A stretch of 46,135 nt of DNA from an uncultured Bacilli bacterium (GTDB taxonomy: Bacteria; Bacillota_I; Bacilli_A; RF39; UBA660). A program made the translations under genes and the position numbers. Below, piece after piece: positions 37,537-46,135 of the stretch (position 1 is the first letter of the stretch; every line of letters begins with the position of its first letter). The stretch covers positions 1 through 46,135 of the forward strand of contig CALVVO010000003.1 of NCBI GenBank assembly GCA_944363885.1, written 5' to 3'. Below the pieces are notes generated by a model. That model saw only the letters and a program-made list of their open reading frames with translations. It did not search any database and was not told where the DNA came from.

Positions 37537-39927
37537 TTACTTTATAACAAAATTAACAATTTTGTTTGGTATAATTATTTCTTTAATTATTTCTTTTCCT
37601 TCAAGATATTTTTGTACGTTTTGTTCTTTTAAGGCTTTTTCCTTTATTTCTTCTGCTGTTTCTTGTTCTAATACGTCTATTGCTGCTCTTACTTTTCCAT
37701 TTATTTGAACAGCTATTTTCTTTGATATATCAATTGTTTTTTCTTCATCATACGTTGGCCATGAAGATTCGCATATTGGTCTATATCCTAACTCCTCATT
37801 TAATTCTTCTGTAATGTGGGGTGCAATTGGATTTAAAAGTGTCAATAAAGTTTTGTAATCTTTTTTTGTAATATGATCATGCTCATCATATTTGTTAGCT
37901 AAGATCATTAATGTTGAGATAGCTGTGTTAAATCCCATTGTGTATAAATCATTTTGTACTTTTTTAATACTTTTATTAATAATTATTTCTAAATTTTTTG
38001 AATAATTTTCATCATTAATTACTTTATCTTTTAAACGTATTATTTTATCTATAAATCTTCTACATCCCTTTAAAGAATCAGTGTTCCATGGACAATCCAT
38101 TTGATAATCTCCCATAAACATTTCATATATTCTTAATGTGTCTGCTCCATACTCTGCTACTATATCATCTGGATTAATAACATTCCCTTTTGATTTGCTC
38201 ATTTTTTGATTGTCAGCTCCAAGTACCATTCCATGACTCACTCTAGTCCAAAGCATCTCTTTATTTGGGACTAAACCTATATTGTAAAGAAATTGTACCC
38301 AAAATCTAGCGTAAAGTAAATGTCTTGCTGTATGCTCCATTCCACCGTTGTACCAATCTACTCTTCTCCAATATTTCATTGCGTCCATAGATGCAAATTC
38401 TTTATCATTATGTGGATCCATAAATCTTAAAAAATACCAACTAGAGCCTGCCCAATTTGGCATAGTGTCTGTTTCTCTTCTCGCGTTTCCGCCACATTTT
38501 GGACAAGTTGTGTTCACCCAATCTGTAATTTTAGCTAATGGACTTTCACCATTATCTGTTGGTTCATATTCGGCAACATCTGGAAGTAATAATGGTAAAT
38601 CTTCTTCTTTCATTGGAACCCATCCACATTTTTCGCAGTATATCATAGGAATTGGTTCTCCCCAAAATCTTTGTCTAGAAAATATCCAATCCCTCATTTT
38701 ATAGTTTACTTTTTTACTTCCTAATTTTTTTTCTTCTAAAAATTCAATCATCTTTGAAATTGCTTCATTTTTGTTTAATCCATCTAAAAATCCAGAATTT
38801 ATGTGTACGCCATCCCCAACAAATGCTTCTTTAGAAACGTCACCGCCTTTTAAAACTGGTATTATTTCAAGCCCAAATTTTTGTGCAAATTCATAGTCAC
38901 GTTCATCGTGAGCTGGAACAGCCATGATTGCTCCTGTTCCATAACTGGCTAATACGTAGTCGCTAATATAAATTGGTATCTTCTTATTATTTACTGGATT
39001 AATTGCATATGATCCTATAAATACACCAGTTTTATCTTTGTTTAATTCTGTTCGTTCCATATCATTTTTTAAAGCACATGCTTCTTTGTATTCTATAACT
39101 GCTTTTCTGCATTCTTCAGTTGTTATCTTATCTACTAATTTGTGTTCTGGCGCTAAAACACAATATGTAGCGCCAAATAGTGTATCACATCTAGTGGTAA
39201 ATACAACAAATTCTTCATCATAATTGTCAACTTTAAATTTAACATCAGCTCCTATGGATTTCCCAATCCAGTTAATTTGTCCTAGTTTTACTTTTTCTGC
39301 AAAATTAGTATCATTTAGGCCATTGAGTAAATCTTCTGAATAATCGCTCATGCGAAGCATCCATTGTGACTTTTCTTTTTGAACTACTTGTGAGCCACAT
39401 CTTTCACAAATTCCTCCAGCTGAATCCTCATTTGAAAGTACACTTTTGCAGGTTGGACACCAATTGACTGGCACGGTATCTTTATATGCCATTCCATTTT
39501 TATAAAATTGTAAAAATTGCCATTGTGTCCATTTGTAGTATTCTGGATCAGTTGTCGAAAATTCTCGATCCCAATCAAATGAAAATCCTAATGTTTGCAT
39601 CTGTCTTTTAAATGTTTTTATATTTTCTTTTACAGCATCTTTAGGATGAATGTGATTTTTTATAGCATATTGTTCAGCAGGCGCACCAAATGCATCCCAG
39701 CCCATAGGAAATAGCACGTTTTTCCCCTGCATTCTTATCATTCTTGCCATTGAATCCTGTGCAGTATAACTCCTAACGTGCCCTACATGTAATCCTGATC
39801 CTGATGGATATGGGAACTCAACTAGTATGTAATATGGCTCTTTACTACTCCCAGTTTCGGCTTTAAAACTTTTATTTTTCTCCCAATAATTTTGCCATTT
39901 TTTTTCTATTTCTTTAAAGTTGTACAT
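37537..39927 (-). CDS. leuS: leucine--tRNA ligase
   Basis: 796 aa, HVGH (GLHVGHVRSY) and KMSKS signatures, full-length LeuS-like sequence. Confidence 0.97.
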   Translation of the reverse strand: MYNFKEIEKKWQNYWEKNKSFKAETGSSKEPYYILVEFPYPSGSGLHVGHVRSYTAQDSMARMIRMQGKNVLFPMGWDAFGAPAEQYAIKNHIHPKDAVKENIKTFKRQMQTLGFSFDWDREFSTTDPEYYKWTQWQFLQFYKNGMAYKDTVPVNWCPTCKSVLSNEDSAGGICERCGSQVVQKEKSQWMLRMSDYSEDLLNGLNDTNFAEKVKLGQINWIGKSIGADVKFKVDNYDEEFVVFTTRCDTLFGATYCVLAPEHKLVDKITTEECRKAVIEYKEACALKNDMERTELNKDKTGVFIGSYAINPVNNKKIPIYISDYVLASYGTGAIMAVPAHDERDYEFAQKFGLEIIPVLKGGDVSKEAFVGDGVHINSGFLDGLNKNEAISKMIEFLEEKKLGSKKVNYKMRDWIFSRQRFWGEPIPMIYCEKCGWVPMKEEDLPLLLPDVAEYEPTDNGESPLAKITDWVNTTCPKCGGNARRETDTMPNWAGSSWYFLRFMDPHNDKEFASMDAMKYWRRVDWYNGGMEHTARHLLYARFWVQFLYNIGLVPNKEMLWTRVSHGMVLGADNQKMSKSKGNVINPDDIVAEYGADTLRIYEMFMGDYQMDCPWNTDSLKGCRRFIDKIIRLKDKVINDENYSKNLEIIINKSIKKVQNDLYTMGFNTAISTLMILANKYDEHDHITKKDYKTLLTLLNPIAPHITEELNEELGYRPICESSWPTYDEEKTIDISKKIAVQINGKVRAAIDVLEQETAEEIKEKALKEQNVQKYLEGKEIIKEIIIPNKIVNFVIK

Positions 39928-40282
39928 CTTCTTTACTTCCTTTCTTTTGGTAGTGTCTACCGACTATTTCATATAGTGCATATGTTAAAATTATTAATAA
40001 TATAAAACCTATTAATAAACTTAATAAGTAATTTTCTACATAAAATACAGCTGTAAATGCCAGTGCTATTATAGTTGAATTTATTATTGAAATTGTGAAT
40101 AATAAATTTTTATATTTTATTTTTCTCATATCTAGTTTATATCGTTTAATTAAAAAATTTACTTCAGTAATTTTCTTCTCTTTATTTTTTACTTTTTTTC
40201 TATTAAACATTATTGAATAAAATATAAAAACTATTAAAAATGCTAAAATAAATACCATTATATATCTTATTATTGTTTGCAT
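39914..40282 (-). CDS. small 3-TM membrane protein between the T-box leader and leuS
   Basis: 122 codons from ATG 40282 with AAAGGAG RBS; three hydrophobic helices; its 3' end overlaps leuS by 14 nt. Confidence 0.6.
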   Translation of the reverse strand: MQTIIRYIMVFILAFLIVFIFYSIMFNRKKVKNKEKKITEVNFLIKRYKLDMRKIKYKNLLFTISIINSTIIALAFTAVFYVENYLLSLLIGFILLIILTYALYEIVGRHYQKKGSKEDVQL

Positions 40283-40292
40283 ACTTACTCCT

Positions 40293-40495
40293 TTAAAAAT
40301 AAAAACTTTATAACTTAAGGACGGTTTTAACCGCGGTACCACCTTAATTCATAAAGTTTATGCATCTCTTTAAGTTAACGCCTTTTTTACGATTTTCCTA
40401 GAAAGTAAGTTCATATATTTTTATTTGTTAGTTCACACCTTACACTAACTCTCTTTAAAATATTGATATATTACTACTCTTTCAAATAGAACTTA
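40293..40495 (-). promoter_or_regulatory. T-box leader (tRNA-sensing riboswitch), Leu specifier CUU
   Basis: T-box sequence GAAUUAAGGUGGUACCGCGG (40350..40331), distal loop GGUGUGA, AG-bulge AAAGAGAG, specifier context GAA-CUU-A, terminator arms 40342..40359 / 40303..40320 plus U-run. Confidence 0.85.
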
Positions 40496-40500
40496 AATGT

Positions 40501-40529
40501 ATTATATAATTTTATATTTGTTTTTTCAA
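40501..40529 (-). promoter_or_regulatory. sigma-A-type promoter of the T-box/leuS unit
   Basis: TTGAAA (40529..40524), 17-nt spacer, TATAAT (40506..40501). Confidence 0.65.
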
Positions 40530-40536
40530 GTAAATA

Positions 40537-42951
40537 TTATATCTCTGCAATGTATTCTAATAATTTTATGAACATTCTTACAAATAATGATTTTAATCCA
40601 TCTTTTTTTAATTTTCTTATTTCTATACGTTTCTTTCTAATAGACATGTCGCTAAATATTATGTCAGCTATTTTTTCTTTTAGTTTAGTCTCTATTTTTA
40701 AATCTGATATGATTGAATCTATTTCTTCATTTATTAGTCTTACTGCATCTATTTCTATGTCTTTTCCTGCGCAGTTAATTGTAAGTTGTTGTATTGTGGG
40801 AACGTCTTTGACTTCTATTATAAAGTCTGCATCGTCAATATATTTTTCAAATTCTACTTCATGTCTACCTACATTAACTTTTACATCTTCAGCATATTTT
40901 GTGTTTCTAAATTTTATTTTATAGTCTCTTTTATCTGGAATTAGCCCACTCTTTCCATCTATTGGTCTTATTATTAATGTATAATTATTTTCTCTATAAT
41001 TATAATCTATGTTTGTTATTATATAGTAGCCTTCTTCATATAAATTGCTAACTCCATCGTCTTCGTATAGCCTATATGTATTACTTCTTCCTGGAAAAAC
41101 TTGAATTTCTAGTTTTCTTGGTGGTCTTGAATCATTTAAATGGTCACTATCTAATACTGCCATTGGAATTATTGAGCCACTTTTGGCAAATACTGGATAG
41201 TCTTCATCTTTAAAAAATGTAACATATCTTTTTCCACCTGGGAATTTTTTTCCTGTTTTAAAATCATACCACATTCCATTTGGTAAGAATATACGATGTA
41301 CTACTCTTTTCATTACTGTGTCTTTTGGTTCAGTTATTGGTGAGACAAAAAGTTCTGAGCCAAAAAAGTACTCGTTTTTGTATATTGGTTCATCATATAA
41401 TTCTGGATATTTATAGTATAGTGGTTGTATTAGTGGCGAACCAGTTTTACTATATTTGTACGCTTCTGTGTATATGTACGGAATTAGTCTATATCTAACG
41501 TTCATGTAGTCTTTTACTATTTTTTGAGTTTTTACATCCCATTTCCAAGGCTCTCTTTTGTAATATCTTCCTGTGTCTGCAGCGAACCTAAATATTGGAC
41601 TGTATGTTCCTAATTGTACATATCTTGCATATAATTCTTCATCTTCAGTGCCATTTTTATATCCGCCTATGTCATGACTCCACCATGATACCCCTATGTT
41701 TGATGAACTGGAATTGTAGTGTGGCAATAGTTTTAATGTTTTCCAACTTACTAAAGTATCGCCTGAATATAATACCGGATATCTATGCGCTGCTATACCA
41801 GGGTTTCTTGATAATATAACCGTTCTTTTTCCGCTTACTTCTTTGCAGTGCATGAATGAGTAATGGTTTATCATAAATAAGCTTGTCATGTCTTTTGTAT
41901 CTTCATCAAGCCATAATAAATCTACTCCAATATCATTTAATGGTTTTATTAATTTTTCATAATATAATCTAACTATTTTGTCATTGTAAACATTAATTGG
42001 AATTATTTCATTTTTAGTTTGGTTTAATTCTTTTGCAATTTCTGGGTAAGCACTTTCTCTAGGATTAATTCCATCTTTTGTGTTTATATTAATTCCTACA
42101 AATACATTTTCTCTATGTAATCTTTCTATTAAGTCTTTTGGATTAGGTATAAGTTCATTATCAAATGTAAATGCAGTGTTAATTTTGTTTCCTTTTTCAT
42201 CTTTTGTTTTATGCCAACTTGGTCCGAGTATAACTGATGAAATTGGCATATTGTTTTTATCGAACTTCTGTACTAAATCTAATATGTCCTGTGACCTATA
42301 TACTTCATTTTTATTCCACCAAACTCCTAATGCATATCTAGGTATAAGTGTAGGATACCCGGTTAATTCAAAATAACTTTGTAAAGCTAATCCGAAATCT
42401 TTTCTATATATGAATAAGTATATGTCTAATCCATCTGATGGATTTTTCTTTATAGATCCATCGCTTACAAATACTGGTCTTGCTGAGTCATCTATTGATG
42501 CAAAACCATCTGTTGAATATAAGCCTTTCCATAATTTTAAATGTCCTTTATTTAAATCTAAACTATATGATGTTCCTTTAAAATTTCTAACTTCTGGATG
42601 GTTAACATACCAAACTTTATCGGTGTTTATTAAACTAACTCTTAAATTTGCATCTGGCATTAATTTTGAAGATGTAAATGGTTTTTCTTTTGCATATTCT
42701 AAGACAAAATAACTATTTGATATGTTTAAAAATTTGTCATCTTGTTTGACTGAAAACTTTGGGATTTTTTCAAATTTTCTATTTATTGCTAGTAAAGTAG
42801 GATAATCATTAAATTTTCCTTCTTCATTGTATTCAAAACGTATTAGGACATCTGAAAGAATAGTAATTCTAAATTTATTACCTTTAAATACACATTCAGG
42901 ATTTGCTATACCTTTTTTTACATCTATTCTAACTTTTTTATTCTCTTCCAT
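40537..42951 (-). CDS. glycoside hydrolase family 31 (alpha-glucosidase/alpha-xylosidase-like)
   Basis: about 804 aa, GH31 motifs DLLWLDEDT and WWSHDIGGY; start at ATG 42951 after AGAAGGGA. Confidence 0.88.
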   Translation of the reverse strand: MEENKKVRIDVKKGIANPECVFKGNKFRITILSDVLIRFEYNEEGKFNDYPTLLAINRKFEKIPKFSVKQDDKFLNISNSYFVLEYAKEKPFTSSKLMPDANLRVSLINTDKVWYVNHPEVRNFKGTSYSLDLNKGHLKLWKGLYSTDGFASIDDSARPVFVSDGSIKKNPSDGLDIYLFIYRKDFGLALQSYFELTGYPTLIPRYALGVWWNKNEVYRSQDILDLVQKFDKNNMPISSVILGPSWHKTKDEKGNKINTAFTFDNELIPNPKDLIERLHRENVFVGININTKDGINPRESAYPEIAKELNQTKNEIIPINVYNDKIVRLYYEKLIKPLNDIGVDLLWLDEDTKDMTSLFMINHYSFMHCKEVSGKRTVILSRNPGIAAHRYPVLYSGDTLVSWKTLKLLPHYNSSSSNIGVSWWSHDIGGYKNGTEDEELYARYVQLGTYSPIFRFAADTGRYYKREPWKWDVKTQKIVKDYMNVRYRLIPYIYTEAYKYSKTGSPLIQPLYYKYPELYDEPIYKNEYFFGSELFVSPITEPKDTVMKRVVHRIFLPNGMWYDFKTGKKFPGGKRYVTFFKDEDYPVFAKSGSIIPMAVLDSDHLNDSRPPRKLEIQVFPGRSNTYRLYEDDGVSNLYEEGYYIITNIDYNYRENNYTLIIRPIDGKSGLIPDKRDYKIKFRNTKYAEDVKVNVGRHEVEFEKYIDDADFIIEVKDVPTIQQLTINCAGKDIEIDAVRLINEEIDSIISDLKIETKLKEKIADIIFSDMSIRKKRIEIRKLKKDGLKSLFVRMFIKLLEYIAEI

Positions 42952-42998
42952 GTGTGTCCCTTCTATTCTCAATATAATTTTATCACATCAAATGGAAT

Positions 42999-44123
42999 TT
43001 AACAATCAGTTTTGTAACCACTTTTTCCTTGTTTAAATCCTATAAATGTATTTATTAGTAAACTAAATGTTCCAATATAAAGTATCGTTTTTAGATTTAC
43101 CTCTAATATTAGATAAATTGTTGTAATAATAAATCTAAATAGACTATATAATTGTTCAATAAATAGTATGTATGATATGTTATTATAATTTGCTTTATAG
43201 CTATAAGTATTTCTAAGTATTATTGTGTCCAACGCAGATTTGCTAATTCCTTCAATAAATATTATAAACAATATGATGTTGCTACTGTTTATGTTGAGTT
43301 TTATTAGAAGTGTTATGAACATCGCTAATAGCATTGGTTTTAAATAGTCTTTTTTGTTTTCATCCATTTTTTTTGCTATATATAATATGTATAGTATGCT
43401 TGATATTCCAATTATAACGTTTGTTAGTGCAATATATTTTAGTTCACTTTTTATGTTTATATATATGTATAATGGAAATAATAGTAATGTAAAAAATTTT
43501 AGTTGATCAAAAAATAAAAATATGTAATTTTGTTTTGGAAATTTTTTTATTATTTGTTTTATTTTTATTTTGTTTATTTTTTGGTTAATTTTAATTTTAA
43601 AAAGTGGAAAAAGACTTATAAATGATAAAATTAATATGATTATTGATAACGATATATATCCGTACTTTTCTAAAATATAGGCTCCTATATAACTTGCTGG
43701 TAATGATCCTATTATTCCAAATATCATGTATTTGCTCACGTTATCTGTTGTTTCTTTTTCTTTGATAATTGATATGCCATATATATGTCTACCTATCCAA
43801 TATGTTGATAAGTATAATCCGTTTAATACGCTTAAAATTATTAGTTTGATGATGTTCCCAGTTATATAATTTATGTATATGTAAGTTGTGCAAAATAATA
43901 TAGAACTTATTATCATTAGTTTTTTAAATGTAATTTTTTGACCAATGTATGTTGCAGGAATATTAAATAAAAAAATAGTGAAAAATTGAACTAAATAAAA
44001 AATTAATATTTCATTTAATTGAAAACCAATGTTATATAAAAGCAATGGTATAAATACTTCAATCATTAGTTTTGCAAATGTTGTAATTGTTATAAAAATA
44101 TTGTATTTTTTTAAATTTGTCAT
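42999..44123 (-). CDS. polytopic membrane transporter, MFS-like
   Basis: about 374 aa, about 12 TM helices; start at ATG 44123, 4 nt after the upstream stop; family assignment is weak. Confidence 0.55.
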   Translation of the reverse strand: MTNLKKYNIFITITTFAKLMIEVFIPLLLYNIGFQLNEILIFYLVQFFTIFLFNIPATYIGQKITFKKLMIISSILFCTTYIYINYITGNIIKLIILSVLNGLYLSTYWIGRHIYGISIIKEKETTDNVSKYMIFGIIGSLPASYIGAYILEKYGYISLSIIILILSFISLFPLFKIKINQKINKIKIKQIIKKFPKQNYIFLFFDQLKFFTLLLFPLYIYINIKSELKYIALTNVIIGISSILYILYIAKKMDENKKDYLKPMLLAMFITLLIKLNINSSNIILFIIFIEGISKSALDTIILRNTYSYKANYNNISYILFIEQLYSLFRFIITTIYLILEVNLKTILYIGTFSLLINTFIGFKQGKSGYKTDC

Positions 44124-44127
44124 ATTT

Positions 44128-44583
44128 TTAGTATGTTGAGTTTTCAATTGTATATTCAAACTCAATTTGTTTTTTTAAGTTTATTATTTCTTTTTCTATT
44201 GTAAGTATTTTTATTTTTTCTATTTGAGTTCCTTTTTGAGCAATATATATAGCTTCTTCTGATAATCCTTTTTTTGTTAAAATATCGGTATATTCTTTTA
44301 TAAAGTTTTTGTAAATTGTTTCTATATTTGTCCCTTTTGCAATAAATTCTTTTTGTATGCTTTTATAATTTATTGGCGTGATGCTCAATACTGTTATTTC
44401 TTCGTTATTAAAAATAGTTGGTATCATATTGCTGTTAAAGTTTTTAAGAGTCAATATGTAAACATTTTGCGAGTATAAATCATTTTGTTCGTAACTTACT
44501 GCTATTGTACTTTCACTTTCTTTATAATTTATGCAAAATAGTGACAAACAAAAATAAGTTAATATTAATAAGGCCTTTTTCAC
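44128..44583 (-). CDS. hypothetical secreted protein
   Basis: 151 aa from GTG 44583 with AGGTGG RBS; N-terminal signal-like KKALLILTYFCLSLFC. Confidence 0.5.
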   Translation of the reverse strand: MKKALLILTYFCLSLFCINYKESESTIAVSYEQNDLYSQNVYILTLKNFNSNMIPTIFNNEEITVLSITPINYKSIQKEFIAKGTNIETIYKNFIKEYTDILTKKGLSEEAIYIAQKGTQIEKIKILTIEKEIINLKKQIEFEYTIENSTY

Positions 44584-44805
44584 TTTACCACCTATGTTTA
44601 TTATTAACTTATTTGAATAAATTTTGTTGGTAGTTATTTCCAGATTTTTGCATTTTATTATTAATACAAATTTTTGGGCTAATATCTTTTTGGGAAACAT
44701 TCTTTGCCTAGAAGCCATAAATATTTGTCAATATCTTTTAAATTATATTCATCTATGTTTTCGGCATATTTTGGGCATTCCTTTATTAAAAGAAAGGACG
44801 AGATT

Positions 44806-46053
44806 ATGCCTGTATATAAAGATAAAAATTCAACAAAGGATGGAAGACAATGGTTCTTCCGAACAAGATATAAAGATTTGGATGGTACCAAAAGACAATA
44901 TCACTCAAAAAAGTACGCTACAAGACATGAAGCTCTAGATGCTGAAGCAGAATTTAAAATGAAGGCTTTAGAAGAAGCAAATGTCAGTACCGTTACTTTT
45001 AAACAAATGATAGAATTATTTATTGAACAAAGATCCTCTATTGTTAAAGAAACAACTATGTACAATTATCAAAATAAGAAAAGATTTCTGGAACCCTTAT
45101 ATAACATTAGATTAACTAATTTCAATATCGAAACATATGAAAGATGGAGACAATACATAAATAGATGCAATATCTCTACTCGTTATAAAAATGATATTTA
45201 TAAATTTCTTAAATCAGTATTAAATTATGCTACTGATTGGTATGGATTTAATTTTGTACATGTTTATAGAAAAATGCAAAATTTTAACAATCCAAATGAA
45301 ATGCTTAAAGAAATGTTATTCTTTACATATGATGAATTTCAACAATTTCTATCTGTTGAAGAAGATATAAAATTTAGATGTGGATTTCAACTACTCTACT
45401 ACTGTGGATTACGTATTGGTGAGCTTAAAGGTCTTACCTGGAAGGATATTGATTTTGATAATAAAACAGTAACTATAAACAAACAAATAACAAAGCAATC
45501 TAGCCGTGGTAATTGGCGATTTGTGCCACCTAAAACCAAAAAGAGTAACAGAGTCTTACCTCTTACAAAAGTTCTCTTAAATGACCTTAAAACGTTAAAA
45601 GAAAGCGATAAAGAAATACTATTTGGATTCAATGATAAATTCTTTGTAGTTGGAGATATTGCACCAGCTAGTAATAATAGATTCTCTGATCGTAAAAATA
45701 AAAATTGTGAAAAAGCTGGAGTAAAACAAATAAGATTACATGACTTTAGACATAGTTGTGCCTCTTTATTAATAGATAGCGGTGCTAATATAACTTTAGT
45801 CGCTAAATATCTTGGACACACTAAAATAGATGAAACATTAAATACTTATTCTCATATGTATCAAAATAGACTTGATACTATTGTTAATATTATTGAATTA
45901 CAAAACAGTAGATTAAATAATAATATTATTGAAACTAAACCAACCATCTTATTAGAACATAAAGAAACATTACCTGAATCAGAAGAAGAATCATATGATT
46001 ATGAAGAATATGAAATAGTTAAACCTAAAAATAAAGATGACCTAGTCCTTTAA
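44806..46053 (+). CDS. int: tyrosine recombinase / phage-type integrase with N-terminal arm-binding (AP2-like) domain
   Basis: N-terminus MPVYKDKNSTKDGRQWFFRTRYKD..., catalytic residues in GLRIGEL, HDFRHSCAS, LGH and TYSH; ATG 44806 after AAAGGA. Confidence 0.92.
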   Translation: MPVYKDKNSTKDGRQWFFRTRYKDLDGTKRQYHSKKYATRHEALDAEAEFKMKALEEANVSTVTFKQMIELFIEQRSSIVKETTMYNYQNKKRFLEPLYNIRLTNFNIETYERWRQYINRCNISTRYKNDIYKFLKSVLNYATDWYGFNFVHVYRKMQNFNNPNEMLKEMLFFTYDEFQQFLSVEEDIKFRCGFQLLYYCGLRIGELKGLTWKDIDFDNKTVTINKQITKQSSRGNWRFVPPKTKKSNRVLPLTKVLLNDLKTLKESDKEILFGFNDKFFVVGDIAPASNNRFSDRKNKNCEKAGVKQIRLHDFRHSCASLLIDSGANITLVAKYLGHTKIDETLNTYSHMYQNRLDTIVNIIELQNSRLNNNIIETKPTILLEHKETLPESEEESYDYEEYEIVKPKNKDDLVL

Positions 46054-46135
46054 CGGACTGAACTTGTCAATAAAAAGTAGACAATTAAAAGATATTCATT
46101 TAAACCCTAATTGAGTCCTATATTCAATTGGGGTT
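44806..46135. mobile_element. edge of an integrative element (prophage/ICE/island); extent and direction not determinable
   Basis: only the integrase is visible; the window ends 82 nt after its stop; no att repeat identified. Confidence 0.35.

Noticed and set aside
39384-39578. 64-aa same-strand ORF in another frame inside leuS
   Set aside because: It is entirely nested in a highly conserved gene, with no RBS.
40283-40342. N-terminal extension of the small membrane ORF (GTG at 40342)
   Set aside because: The extension is made of the T-box sequence and terminator. An ATG with an AAAGGAG RBS at 40282 is the credible start.
40457-40485. Alternative promoter TTGAAA-17-TATTTT in front of the T-box
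   Set aside because: It lies inside what folds as Stem I and would delete the GAAAG/CUUUC basal helix. The upstream TTGAAA-17-TATAAT (40501..40529) is stronger and leaves a complete leader.
44624-44938. 104-aa (+) and 70-aa (-, 44679..44891) ORFs in the region upstream of int
   Set aside because: They overlap each other and the true int start, lack an RBS, and encode low-complexity products. The region is better explained as a divergent promoter region.
1-46135. Alternative genetic code (TGA=Trp, Mollicutes-like) suggested by the extreme AT richness
   Set aside because: Long housekeeping ORFs are intact under the standard code, Trp is encoded by TGG, and TGA ends genes at sensible positions (recA at 3683..3685, MBL gene at 10799..10801).
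1-46135. CRISPR arrays, rRNA genes, IS elements/transposases, long tandem repeats
   Set aside because: A visual scan of all intergenic regions longer than 60 nt found no regularly spaced repeats, rRNA-like sequence or transposase ORFs. A computational repeat search was not possible.
46054-46135. att site or tRNA fragment downstream of the integrase
   Set aside because: Only a 5-bp inverted repeat (AACCC/GGGTT) and an 8-mer match to 40.49 kb were seen, neither above chance in AT-rich DNA. The window ends too soon.

Overview
Strongly AT-rich chromosomal segment from a low-GC Gram-positive (Bacillota) organism, probably a spore-former. Nearly all genes lie on the minus strand. Core genes: RNase J, RNase Y, recA, pgsA, a short RodZ-like HTH protein, type-B RNase P RNA directly after gpsB, fmt, priA, an RlmCD/RumA-type methyltransferase and leuS behind a Leu T-box leader. 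The orders ymfM-pgsA-recA-rny and gpsB-rnpB match Bacilli-type synteny. Sporulation-related genes: a gerA-type germinant receptor operon (order A-C-B, plus strand), a Cse60-like ORF and a MurJ/YtgP/SpoVB-family flippase. A more accessory stretch (about 11.9-25.9 kb) holds an MGMT-like ORF and two paralogous MacB-type ABC exporters with giant tandem-FtsX permeases. These exporters flank an OmpR/HisKA two-component system. The same stretch has two MBL-fold hydrolases, a three-gene operon (HD-domain protein plus two unknowns) and a GNAT gene broken by an in-frame TAA. Further right are tRNA-Leu(GAG) and tRNA-Thr(CGU) squeezed between coding genes, a NatAB-like ABC-2 exporter, a GH31/MFS-like/secreted-protein cluster and a tyrosine integrase at the right edge. 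I found no CRISPR array, rRNA or transposase. The most unusual points are the T-box that precedes a small membrane ORF overlapping leuS, structured RNA genes embedded in operons with almost no spacer, and the uncharacterised HD-containing operon. The coiled-coil insertion in one ABC permease is also notable. I could not identify a clearly novel multi-gene system. All calls rest on motif reading by eye, without database searches.
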